Source: a virus (lineage: Duplodnaviria; Caudoviricetes). Taken from it: DNA of 41,027 nucleotides. The notes beneath the pieces are model-generated. The model searched no databases. It was not told where the DNA came from and was given only the letters and a program-made list of their open reading frames with translations. The stretch spans positions 1 through 41,027 of the IMG/VR virus record IMGVR_UViG_3300043414_000515. The stretch is one strand, 5' to 3'. A program made the translations under genes and the position numbers. This document shows, in pieces, positions 27,712 to 35,229 of this stretch; position 1 is the stretch's first letter; each line of letters starts with the position of its first letter.

Positions 27712-28680
27712 ATGCAGCCTAAAGTTTCGCGTGAAGAATTTAAAGAGGCTTGGAGCCGTTATGGTTCTGTAGCCAAAGTTGCTCAATTTCTAAGAATGGA
27801 AGAACGTGCCGTCCACCGTAGACGGCGCAGAATTGAAGCAGATGAAAACCAGCCTCTTGTTGCTGTGCATCCAAACACAAATCTGTACTCATTGATTCAA
27901 CCAGCCAAAACATCAATCAATAAAATTGAACTTGGCATGCTTGACCAGACCGTAATTGTCTTTTCTGATGCTCATTTTTGGCCCAATGAATACACGACAG
28001 CATATCGTGGTCTTTTGTGGGCAATCAAAGAATTAAAGCCCCATGCCGTCATTGCTAATGGTGATTGTTTTGACGGGGCATCTATCAGCCGCCATGATCC
28101 TTTAGGTTGGACAAAGACACCTTCCGTGATAGAAGAATTAAAGGCGGTACAAACGCATCTTGGCGAGATTGAGGAAACAGCCAAAGCAGCACGGCACAAT
28201 TGCAAGCTGCTATATACATGGGGTAATCACGATACCCGCTTTGCCAACAAACTGGTTAGTCAGGCTCCCCAGTACAGGGAAGTGCAAGGGTTTAAATTAG
28301 AAGACCATCTACCAGCATGGGAATTTGCATGGTCTGTTTGGCCTACACCTAATTGCATTATCAAGCACCGTTATAAGTCTGGGGTTCATGCAACCCACAA
28401 CAATACCGTAGGGGCTGGAATTAATATTGTTACTGGTCACCTTCATTCGTTAAAGGTAACTCCATATGCAGATTACAACGGTAATCGTTATGGTGTAGAT
28501 ACTGGGACTTTGGCAGAACCTTATGGGCCACAGTTTGATTACGGAGAAGGAAACCCATTAAACCACAGGTCTGGGTTTGCCGTGTTGACATTCAAGGGTG
28601 GTAAGCTTTTGTGGCCTGAGTTAGTTCACAAATGGAGCGATACTCAGGTTGAGTTTCGAGGACAAGTTATCAACCTTTAG
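27712..28680 (+). CDS. Calcineurin-like metallophosphoesterase with N-terminal HTH-like segment
   Basis: SDAH, NGDCFD, GNHD and GHLH motifs. Confidence 0.85.
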   Translation: MQPKVSREEFKEAWSRYGSVAKVAQFLRMEERAVHRRRRRIEADENQPLVAVHPNTNLYSLIQPAKTSINKIELGMLDQTVIVFSDAHFWPNEYTTAYRGLLWAIKELKPHAVIANGDCFDGASISRHDPLGWTKTPSVIEELKAVQTHLGEIEETAKAARHNCKLLYTWGNHDTRFANKLVSQAPQYREVQGFKLEDHLPAWEFAWSVWPTPNCIIKHRYKSGVHATHNNTVGAGINIVTGHLHSLKVTPYADYNGNRYGVDTGTLAEPYGPQFDYGEGNPLNHRSGFAVLTFKGGKLLWPELVHKWSDTQVEFRGQVINL

Positions 28681-28689
28681 GAGTTTCTT

Positions 28690-28929
28690 ATGTTTAATTT
28701 TTTTGTGTATATTGGTGAAGTCGCAGAAGTAGAAAACGATGACTCGTTTTTCGAAAATTTCGAAGAAGGCGAAGAGTATGTCTACGACGAAGACTATGAG
28801 TGCTACTGCTGGTACGACGAAATGTACGATGCTTGGTACTGGTTGAACGAAGATACCGGCGAATGGCTCTTGGTCGAAGAAGACGACGAAGACGAAAAAA
28901 TCTGCTGGGAAGAAGACGAGGCTGCTTAA
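28690..28929 (+). CDS. Hyper-acidic aromatic-rich small protein
   Basis: 31 D/E, 1 K, 0 R in 79 aa; RBS AGGAG. Confidence 0.75.
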   Translation: MFNFFVYIGEVAEVENDDSFFENFEEGEEYVYDEDYECYCWYDEMYDAWYWLNEDTGEWLLVEEDDEDEKICWEEDEAA

Positions 28930-29126
28930 TCCGGGTAGATCATAGCCAATGCGTCTTGAACAGACGCTTGGATTTTGGACACGACTTGCTCAAAAGGTAA
29001 GTCGTGTTTTCTATGTTGGCGCAGTGTTTCGTTTATTTCATGAAGCGTCTGCCAAGCATACCCTGAGTGGATAGCTTTGATGGCCTCTTCTTCGTCATTG
29101 AATGTGGCGTTGATTTTCATATTCAT
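28926..29126 (-). CDS. Hypothetical protein
   Basis: 66 aa ORF. Confidence 0.65.
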   Translation of the reverse strand: MNMKINATFNDEEEAIKAIHSGYAWQTLHEINETLRQHRKHDLPFEQVVSKIQASVQDALAMIYPD

Positions 29127-29386
29127 TCCTTTTGTTTCCTTGGTTTAGGGCAATCTTCTGGGACTTTTACAATGCACCATATTGCTTCAGGTGGTTTCTG
29201 GTGTTTCCCAAACATCCACCGATCAATGTAGCAATCCACCATTTTTTTTAAAGTAGGACGGGCTACTCTTTCTGAGATGCCTGTTTTCCTACAAATAGCA
29301 CCGATAGACAGTCCTTCTGGGAATTGATGCAATAGTTCCCGAATGACAGGTGCTTTTGGTTGATAGCGTTTGTTTTCCACAATCAT
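29123..29386 (-). CDS. Winged-HTH-like DNA-binding protein
   Basis: GLSIGAICRKTGISERVAR...YIDRW...AIWC. Confidence 0.55.
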   Translation of the reverse strand: MIVENKRYQPKAPVIRELLHQFPEGLSIGAICRKTGISERVARPTLKKMVDCYIDRWMFGKHQKPPEAIWCIVKVPEDCPKPRKQKE

Positions 29387-29554
29387 TTATGTTTGCTCTT
29401 CTTTAACTTCCACTTCTTCAGTTGCGCCAATGTGGTAGACATTTCCTTCCTCATCTGTACATACACTGTACATGCCGTCGATGTGGTGAAACTTTAGTTC
29501 CAATCCATCTTTAAGTACGATTGTGCTATTTTTTGGTACGTTATATAGCTTCAC
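29387..29554 (-). CDS. Small protein, 55 aa, GTG start (not in ORF track)
   Basis: MKLYNVPKNS...FHHIDGMYSVCTDEEG; fills the gap with TAAATG coupling. Confidence 0.65.
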   Translation of the reverse strand: MKLYNVPKNSTIVLKDGLELKFHHIDGMYSVCTDEEGNVYHIGATEEVEVKEEQT

Positions 29555-29726
29555 TTTTGACCGCCATTTCGTTTAATACAATTTCTACTTCGGCCTGGGC
29601 TGCCATTCCATCCTCATACCCACGCGAATAAGAGTTTTGCTCCATTGCAATAAGTTGATTGATTAGGCGCTGCTGTATCTCGCAGATGCGCGTCAGGCTG
29701 TCCAATGCTAAATCACGTTTGCTCAT
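29541..29726 (-). CDS. Hypothetical protein
   Basis: 61 aa; YSRGYEDG motif. Confidence 0.6.
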   Translation of the reverse strand: MSKRDLALDSLTRICEIQQRLINQLIAMEQNSYSRGYEDGMAAQAEVEIVLNEMAVKSEAI

Positions 29727-30061
29727 GTGTTTAACTCCTTGATTTTTCTTTCAATTTTTTTGCATAACCACTCATCGTAGTCACCGTTGTATTGGCAAAT
29801 GCTGTCAATGGTTTCTCTTATGTCAGCATCTGATAACCAAATCCACAGGCGCTCCTGCACTGGCAGGGGTGGGGTGTACTCGCAAAGCTGAACAGCCCGA
29901 TAGGGTGCATGAAGCGGCCAGTCTTGCTCGGCTAACTTGGCGTTTTGCTTTGCATCATCTTCATCGGCGCACAATGTCGCCATGCCAGTAGTACCAATGC
30001 AATACCAGCGCGGCTCCTGCACTGGCAAGAGTGGCTGTGCTGCGCTTTTATCTGTTTCCAT
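29723..30061 (-). CDS. QEP-linker mosaic protein
   Basis: PVQEPRW and TPPLPVQERLW. Confidence 0.6.
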   Translation of the reverse strand: METDKSAAQPLLPVQEPRWYCIGTTGMATLCADEDDAKQNAKLAEQDWPLHAPYRAVQLCEYTPPLPVQERLWIWLSDADIRETIDSICQYNGDYDEWLCKKIERKIKELNT

Positions 30062-30667
30062 GCGGGTTCTCCAAATCGTTAAACCAGTCGCCCATCGTGT
30101 ATTCTTTTTTCTCCACCGGCTCCCGCACTGGCTTGTCCAGCAGCGTGTACCGGCTCATATGAACTTCCGCAACCCGCGCCACAGGCTCCTGCACTGGCTG
30201 TGCTGGCAGGGGTGGGGTGGTGTACAAGGCTTGCAAGTCATCCCACGCTTTTGTTTCGTAGTAAATACGCATCCCATTCTCATAACGGAACCACGCCACA
30301 GGCTCCTGCACTAGCTGTGCCAATGCTGCTTTGATGGCGGTGATGGCTTTGCTTTTCCTATCCCAAAACTCCATCGTGTCATTGTCAGTCTGTGATTCTT
30401 CCAACGCCTCAAGCGCCAGCTTCAATGCTTCACGTTCCATTGTTCTTCTCCTTCAGCAACTGCTCAACGGCGCGGGCAAATTCCATCCAGTCAAGCGATT
30501 CCTTGTACCAAAGGTCAGCCAGTTCATCATCCGTCAGCCCTACCCACGGGTGCTGTGGCGCGGGTGGTGCGTTGCAGATTTCGCATTGCTCCCCGCGCAA
30601 CCAACCATGATGACACCGCCAGTTATTTTTGCGCCATTCATCTTCGTTCCACGGCTCCTGCTTGTCC
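29851..30667. repeat. Dispersed GGCTCCTGCACTGGC-type repeats (6 copies) encoding PVQEP(VA)
   Basis: Copies at 29851, 30012, 30118, 30177-30203, 30294-30320 and a partial one at 30653. Confidence 0.85.
30048..30440 (-). CDS. QEP-linker mosaic protein
   Basis: MEREALKLALEALE...AITAIKAALAQ; VQEPVA twice plus PVREPV. Confidence 0.65.
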   Translation of the reverse strand: MEREALKLALEALEESQTDNDTMEFWDRKSKAITAIKAALAQLVQEPVAWFRYENGMRIYYETKAWDDLQALYTTPPLPAQPVQEPVARVAEVHMSRYTLLDKPVREPVEKKEYTMGDWFNDLENPHGNR

Positions 30668-30750
30668 GCAGCCATAGTCCTCTTAGCTGGAAACCCACCG
30701 CCCTGCCGCCGGGCAATGTCGTCGAACGCTTCGTCTTCTTCAGTCTTCAT
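30430..30750 (-). CDS. QEP-linker mosaic protein
   Basis: MKTEEDEAF...KQEPW...CHHG..CEIC...PWVGLTDDE...FARAVEQLLKEKN. Confidence 0.65.
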   Translation of the reverse strand: MKTEEDEAFDDIARRQGGGFPAKRTMAADKQEPWNEDEWRKNNWRCHHGWLRGEQCEICNAPPAPQHPWVGLTDDELADLWYKESLDWMEFARAVEQLLKEKNNGT

Positions 30751-30866
30751 ATCAAACTCCATATGGTTATGCCAATGCCACCTACTACGAACAACACAGT
30801 CAGTATGGTGACCGCAACAAAAACAAAACTGAAAATCATGTCCTCGGTTTCGTCTTCGTCTTTCAT
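30747..30866 (-). CDS. Small single-TM protein, 39 aa (not in ORF track)
   Basis: MKDEDETEDMIFSFVFVAVTILTVLFVVGGIG; ATGA overlaps at both ends. Confidence 0.55.
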   Translation of the reverse strand: MKDEDETEDMIFSFVFVAVTILTVLFVVGGIGITIWSLI

Positions 30867-31063
30867 TTTTTTGCCTCTTTTTCTTTTTTTCTTTTCAGAT
30901 AAAACTTACGGGCATATTCCCGTTGTTTTGCTTTACGCAATTCAATCAATGCCTTATCAGCCAAAGGTGATGGTGGTGCTGACAAATGGTTGATCCTGTC
31001 TGTTAGCCTGTACACCTGTTGTTCCAACAACGCGATACGAGAAAATACATTCCAATTACTCAT
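30863..31063 (-). CDS. Hypothetical basic protein
   Basis: RKAKQREYARKFYLKRKK. Confidence 0.6.
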   Translation of the reverse strand: MSNWNVFSRIALLEQQVYRLTDRINHLSAPPSPLADKALIELRKAKQREYARKFYLKRKKEKEAKK

Positions 31064-31254
31064 GCTTGCTCCTTTAGTTCATCCAATGTAATAGTCAATC
31101 GTTCGATTCGGTCAATGTTGTATTGCACTACGCTTCTTGCGTAGTCTTGTGCGCTCTCAGCTTCCAATTTAGACCGATGCGCTTCTACCAACTCTTTGAC
31201 CACCAATTCAATCAGGGTAGGCGTTTGTAGAAGTTTTTTGATTGTTGCAATCAT
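31060..31254 (-). CDS. Hypothetical coiled-coil protein
   Basis: Likely start MIATIKK. Confidence 0.6.
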   Translation of the reverse strand: MIATIKKLLQTPTLIELVVKELVEAHRSKLEAESAQDYARSVVQYNIDRIERLTITLDELKEQA

Positions 31255-31388
31255 TTGCACTCCTTCGTAAACGATGAAACCCATATGCCGCATTCAGGTT
31301 GATAGGTGGCATACCCTAATAAAAACCCTGCTGCAATGATGCTGGCACATAAGCCAACAAGTGCAAAAAAATCAAGAACCATTTTCAT
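31251..31388 (-). CDS. Small membrane protein, 45 aa (not in ORF track)
   Basis: MKMVLDFFALVGLCASIIAAGFLLGY. Confidence 0.5.
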   Translation of the reverse strand: MKMVLDFFALVGLCASIIAAGFLLGYATYQPECGIWVSSFTKECK

Positions 31389-31521
31389 TGTTATGCCTTT
31401 CAATAATATTTTCTAACTCTTTAATTCGTTCTTTTTGCAAAAGATAAACAGCCCACAAGTCTGCTGCAAATTTGGACAAGTTTTCTATTGACCATGTAGC
31501 AAAATCGTAGGCTGGCTTCAT
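31372..31521 (-). CDS. Small protein, 49 aa (not in ORF track)
   Basis: MKPAYDFATWSIENLSKFAAD; ATGA coupling. Confidence 0.55.
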   Translation of the reverse strand: MKPAYDFATWSIENLSKFAADLWAVYLLQKERIKELENIIERHNNENGS

Positions 31522-31823
31522 TCTTTGACAAACACGCCATTGGGCAACAAAGTCCCTTTGCGGTCTTTAATTTCTTGGTATGCAGCTTCCATGCATCCAA
31601 CTAAATTAATGTCCAGCAAAGCACAGTAAACAATCAAACACACCATCACATCACCTACACCATCAATAATGGCTGGACCATCTTGTTTGATAGTGGCATC
31701 TGCTAATTCACCCAACTCACTTACAGCTTTCAGTAACTGGGTCTGGGAATTGGAATTTGGAATAATCTGACGGGCTTCTGCCCATCTGATGATGTCCAGT
31801 TCCACAATTGCATAAGTTGACAT
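31518..31823 (-). CDS. MazG-like NTP pyrophosphohydrolase
   Basis: WAEARQI...QLLKAVSELGELA...DGVGDVMV...AYQEIKDRKG...GVFVKE. Confidence 0.85.
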   Translation of the reverse strand: MSTYAIVELDIIRWAEARQIIPNSNSQTQLLKAVSELGELADATIKQDGPAIIDGVGDVMVCLIVYCALLDINLVGCMEAAYQEIKDRKGTLLPNGVFVKE

Positions 31824-31846
31824 TTGTTCTCCAAAAAATTAAGGGA

Positions 31847-31912
31847 GGGGGTACTCGCTGCACTGGTTGATCTGTGCTAATAACGGCGCACTCCAGCATC
31901 CGCTTTCCCCCC
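31847..31912 (-). ncRNA. Structured intergenic RNA hairpin with GAA/AGUA bulged-G motif
   Basis: GGGGG-GAAAGCGGAUGCUGG...CCAGUGCAGCGAGUA-CCCCC. Confidence 0.55.
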
Positions 31913-31917
31913 AAAAA

Positions 31918-32166
31918 TCAAAAGAAATCGTCTAGATCGTCTACCTTGGTCTTGCGGGTAGGCTGGCTACTCTGCCTTACCTGCTCTTGCTTTGGACGCA
32001 CAGAGATGCTGTAGAAGGGCGTACCGGCCTTGCTGGTCTTCTTCCATGCACTGATCCAGTAGTCTTTCCCATCCACATTAAGGGAGCCGTTTAGGTCTGG
32101 GTGTTTTTCCTCTTCTTTTTTGTCATTTTTGAAGAGGTTGCCCCGGTTGGTGTTGTCGTATTCCAT
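31918..32166 (-). CDS. Single-stranded DNA-binding protein (DUF736-like)
   Basis: FKNDKK..HPDLNG..DGKDYWISAWKK; acidic-aromatic tail DDLDDFF. Confidence 0.75.
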   Translation of the reverse strand: MEYDNTNRGNLFKNDKKEEEKHPDLNGSLNVDGKDYWISAWKKTSKAGTPFYSISVRPKQEQVRQSSQPTRKTKVDDLDDFF

Positions 32167-32814
32167 TTAACTTCTTTCGATAGTAGGTTCAAGTTTTTCT
32201 TTGTACGCTTTTATTGCAGAGCGCACCTTAGTGTCTGGTTTCAGTATTGCCCATACTGCTAACCGAACTTCGTTGTCGGCAATGGATTCCCATTCCCCGT
32301 ACATTCCTGCTTCATCACCCTTAGCATGTAAATCCCGAATAGCATCGGCAATCTTGTCTTCTAAGGATGGTTCCGCTTTGGTGTCAGATTCAGGAAGGTC
32401 TTCACCGGCATAGATGTACAGACCCAACCCATGCAGACTAAGCGCCTTAGTCATGCACCGCATGATGGCTGTATTGACTGCAAATGCGTCACATTCCACC
32501 CGATACTCTTTGCCATACTTATTGACTGCGGTGTACCCAGCAAGGGGGATTGCTTTGTTGGACGAATCCATCACTGGCAACTGACACATCATGGGCTTGT
32601 TAAACATGGTCACAGTCACAAACACCATTGCTGTGCCGTTTATCTCCATGTAGCATTTGTCTCCATGTGCGCCAAACATTTCTATATGAAAAGTGGCTTG
32701 AGGATCTGCCTTGAGTGCTTCAGCCCATGCCCAGGCCCATGACAGGTAGGTCAACCCACCTTTCTTTTCGGTGTGTCCGTTGACATTGAGTTTTAGCAGC
32801 GTATTAACGTCCAT
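32167..32814 (-). CDS. Sak (Rad52-like, DUF1071) single-strand annealing protein
   Basis: EKKGGLTYLSWAWAW...LPVMD...NTAIMRCMTKALSLHGLGLYIYAGED. Confidence 0.9.
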   Translation of the reverse strand: MDVNTLLKLNVNGHTEKKGGLTYLSWAWAWAEALKADPQATFHIEMFGAHGDKCYMEINGTAMVFVTVTMFNKPMMCQLPVMDSSNKAIPLAGYTAVNKYGKEYRVECDAFAVNTAIMRCMTKALSLHGLGLYIYAGEDLPESDTKAEPSLEDKIADAIRDLHAKGDEAGMYGEWESIADNEVRLAVWAILKPDTKVRSAIKAYKEKLEPTIERS

Positions 32815-33022
32815 ACATTTTCTCCTGATGTTCTGATTGCCATTGAGCAAATTCAATTTCGCCTTCGATTACTTCTTTCTGATCCTGAATGTCTAGGTCT
32901 TGGAATGGCACAAAATGGTTTTCATGGCAGCACTGCCACTTGTTACCTTTTTGCTCCAAGCAATAGCAGCAGTAATCAATGTCGTGGAATTCTTCTTGAT
33001 ACTGTTCAAATAGTGATTTCAT
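32804..33022 (-). CDS. Small Cys-rich protein
   Basis: YCCYC...CCHENHF. Confidence 0.6.
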   Translation of the reverse strand: MKSLFEQYQEEFHDIDYCCYCLEQKGNKWQCCHENHFVPFQDLDIQDQKEVIEGEIEFAQWQSEHQEKMYGR

Positions 33023-33023
33023 T

Positions 33024-33215
33024 TCAATTCTCCATGCGATTGTTAATTTGCTCTTCAATAAATTGGATAGTGCTGGGAGGCAGGATGTCCCAAAACTCTA
33101 CGCCAGCGTGTTTGATGCTGACAATGGTGGCAAAGGTGTTGTCCTTGGAATCCATCCAATCAACATCACATTCCACTTCAAAGGTAGCGCCTTCGTATGT
33201 GTAGTCGGTAATCAC
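33024..33215 (-). CDS. Small acidic hypothetical protein
   Basis: 63 aa, GTG start. Confidence 0.6.
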   Translation of the reverse strand: MITDYTYEGATFEVECDVDWMDSKDNTFATIVSIKHAGVEFWDILPPSTIQFIEEQINNRMEN

Positions 33216-33388
33216 AGGATAACCTTCAACTCTTCTGTGGATTCTTGGTCGTCATTGTCGGCAAAGCACACAACAGTTACCTCTGTGCCATCTTTTATCG
33301 TGATGGTGAAAGTGCGGGCAGAGCACCTGCCGAGGTTGCGGATTTCTCCCAGTTCAATTTTTGTAACACGCATCAAAGTAAGTTCCAT
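33212..33388 (-). CDS. Small protein, 58 aa (not in ORF track)
   Basis: MELTLMRVTKIELGEIR; RBS AAAGGA. Confidence 0.65.
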   Translation of the reverse strand: MELTLMRVTKIELGEIRNLGRCSARTFTITIKDGTEVTVVCFADNDDQESTEELKVIL

Positions 33389-33509
33389 TTTGTGTCCTTT
33401 AAGGTTGCTGCTCGATTGCAGTGAGACGGATCGTAAACGAGTTCCACCAACTTTCTTCTAGGGGTTTTCACCTAGTGACTGCATATTTTTTTTGATGTAA
33501 GGTCTAAGG
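33389..33509. promoter_or_regulatory. Divergent promoter region with imperfect palindrome
   Basis: Strand switch; CTAGGGGTTTTCACCTAG at 33458-33475. Confidence 0.55.
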
Positions 33510-33698
33510 ATGAAACCTCAAAACATCGAAACAGAACTAGCCTACGAACTCCTTTGCTTGGCATCGGATCGTATCGAATCACACCTGGATTCAGAGGACT
33601 TGGAGCCAGCAATTGTGGCCTCTCTAGTCACTGCAATTGAGATAGCTACCGGGAGAAAGCTGAAGCCTATTTACGAACTTTTTAAGGAGAAAACATGA
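33510..33698 (+). CDS. Hypothetical protein
   Basis: 62 aa, first gene of the rightward operon. Confidence 0.6.
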   Translation: MKPQNIETELAYELLCLASDRIESHLDSEDLEPAIVASLVTAIEIATGRKLKPIYELFKEKT

Positions 33699-33865
33699 GA
33701 GTAAGACTACGATTTAACCCAAGGGAAATGTGGGTTGTGGAAAGCAAGCATTGGTATGAATTGAAATGGACTTTTCATGACATGTTTGGAGGCGACAACT
33801 CCTATACACGCGCCTATTTGTATGCAAGAACATTGAAACGTCCACACATTGAGGAGATAGCATGA
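33695..33865 (+). CDS. Small protein, 56 aa (not in ORF track)
   Basis: MRVRLRFNPREMWVVESKHWY; RBS AAGGAG. Confidence 0.65.
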   Translation: MRVRLRFNPREMWVVESKHWYELKWTFHDMFGGDNSYTRAYLYARTLKRPHIEEIA

Positions 33866-34137
33866 ACATCATTGAATTAGCAAAGCAAGCGGGGTTTGAG
33901 AGGTTGGGACATGATGATGACGATTGGGTTTGCTACCCAGAAGAAATTGAAGCCTTTGCCGAGTTGATAGCCGCACATGAGCGCGAAGCAATTACAGAGG
34001 AATATTGGAGCGCTATTTTTTCCGACTTAGAGCATGGCGTGAAGTGCTTGAACATACAAGCCGCTAAAGACTTTAACAAAACAATGCCAGAACTACGTAA
34101 GTTTGGCGCATGGCTTAACGAAAGAGGTGAAAAATGA
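33862..34137 (+). CDS. Hypothetical protein
   Basis: IIELAKQAGF...IEAFAELIAAHEREA. Confidence 0.7.
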   Translation: MNIIELAKQAGFERLGHDDDDWVCYPEEIEAFAELIAAHEREAITEEYWSAIFSDLEHGVKCLNIQAAKDFNKTMPELRKFGAWLNERGEK

Positions 34138-34313
34138 ACCGCTATGACATTGAACGCATTGCCTACCGCAGTGGCCTTCTTTCTTTAGATGACAGCCTGG
34201 CTCGCAGAACTGCTTTCTTGACCACTTTTGAGACTAATCTGAAACGGGAAATTGAAGACGAAAAGGACGATGAAATACGCCGCCAAGATCGTTTTGATAG
34301 CTGGGAAGATTGA
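34134..34313 (+). CDS. Small protein, 59 aa (not in ORF track)
   Basis: MNRYDIERIAYRSGLL; ATGA/TGATG coupling. Confidence 0.55.
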   Translation: MNRYDIERIAYRSGLLSLDDSLARRTAFLTTFETNLKREIEDEKDDEIRRQDRFDSWED

Positions 34314-34939
34314 TGCACTACTACCAGTTCAACATCGGTGACTACATGAGTCACACACGCAATTTGAGCCTGTTGGAAGACCTTGCCTATCGGCGTTTAT
34401 TGGATGAATACTACCTTCACGAACAGCCGTTGAACAGCGGTATAACGTCCGTTGCACGGCAGATAGGCATGCGTGAACATGAGGACATTGTTCAGTACAT
34501 TCTGGAGTCTTTTTTTATGCTGAAAGAAGATGGAAGTGGCTGGACAAATGCCCGTTGTGATCGTGAAATCGATCAATATAGAGCGCGTCTCTCCAATGCA
34601 AGCAAGGCGGGTAAGGCATCTGCTGAACGCCGGTCTAACGCCCGTTCAACACCCGTGCAACTAAACAAGAAACAAGAAACAAGAAATAACAATAGGGTCG
34701 AAGCACCTGACGGTGTGTCTCCAAAGGTGTGGGAGTCCTTTGTTAATGCAAGAAAAGCCAAGAAAGCACCCATCACTGAATTGGTCATTGCTGACATCAA
34801 GAAACAGGCAGCATTGGCTGGTTGGACGTTGGATGCCGCTTTGACCGAAACCGTTATCAGGGGCTGGAGAAGCTTTAAGGCCGAATGGGTGACCAAGGCT
34901 GCACCTGTGACCGGCAACAGACTGGCGGGTGCGATATGA
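34313..34939 (+). CDS. DUF1376 (YdaU-like) replication initiator
   Basis: MHYYQFNIGDY..HTRNLSLLEDLAYRRLLDEYY...RCDREI. Confidence 0.85.
   Translation: MHYYQFNIGDYMSHTRNLSLLEDLAYRRLLDEYYLHEQPLNSGITSVARQIGMREHEDIVQYILESFFMLKEDGSGWTNARCDREIDQYRARLSNASKAGKASAERRSNARSTPVQLNKKQETRNNNRVEAPDGVSPKVWESFVNARKAKKAPITELVIADIKKQAALAGWTLDAALTETVIRGWRSFKAEWVTKAAPVTGNRLAGAI
34626..34690. other. Putative replication origin (iterons plus A-rich repeats) inside the initiator gene
   Basis: AACGCCGGTCT/AACGCCCGTTC/AACACCCGTGC tandem, then AAACAAG x3. Confidence 0.55.
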
Positions 34940-35229
34940 AGGGCCATGATGGAATCATCAAGATGCGTATGCAAGGCTACAAGCCGTCTGCGATATGGCT
35001 CCTTGACTACCCCTGTTCAACAGCATGGGAAGAGTTCCAAGACGATCCTGTGGTCTGTGTCCACAATGACAACTTGAATACACTTGATTTAAGATACACT
35101 GTGGGCCTAGATGTCCACATCAGCAGCTACAGCGTGGATCGGGCCAAGACGCTCTTGGATTTATGCATAAAGCACTCAGCAAGCAAAGTAATTGCCTGTT
35201 GTGATAATTGGATTGACTGGCATGGCTGA
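34936..35229 (+). CDS. Hypothetical protein
   Basis: Likely start MKGHDGII; ATGA overlap. Confidence 0.6.
   Translation: MKGHDGIIKMRMQGYKPSAIWLLDYPCSTAWEEFQDDPVVCVHNDNLNTLDLRYTVGLDVHISSYSVDRAKTLLDLCIKHSASKVIACCDNWIDWHG

Noticed and set aside
29851-30667. CRISPR- or TIGR-like array
   Set aside because: Irregular spacing, repeats in frame within ORFs, no cas or Nop-domain gene seen
29937-30993. Plus-strand ORFs of 125 and 220 aa
   Set aside because: Antisense to a coupled minus-strand operon
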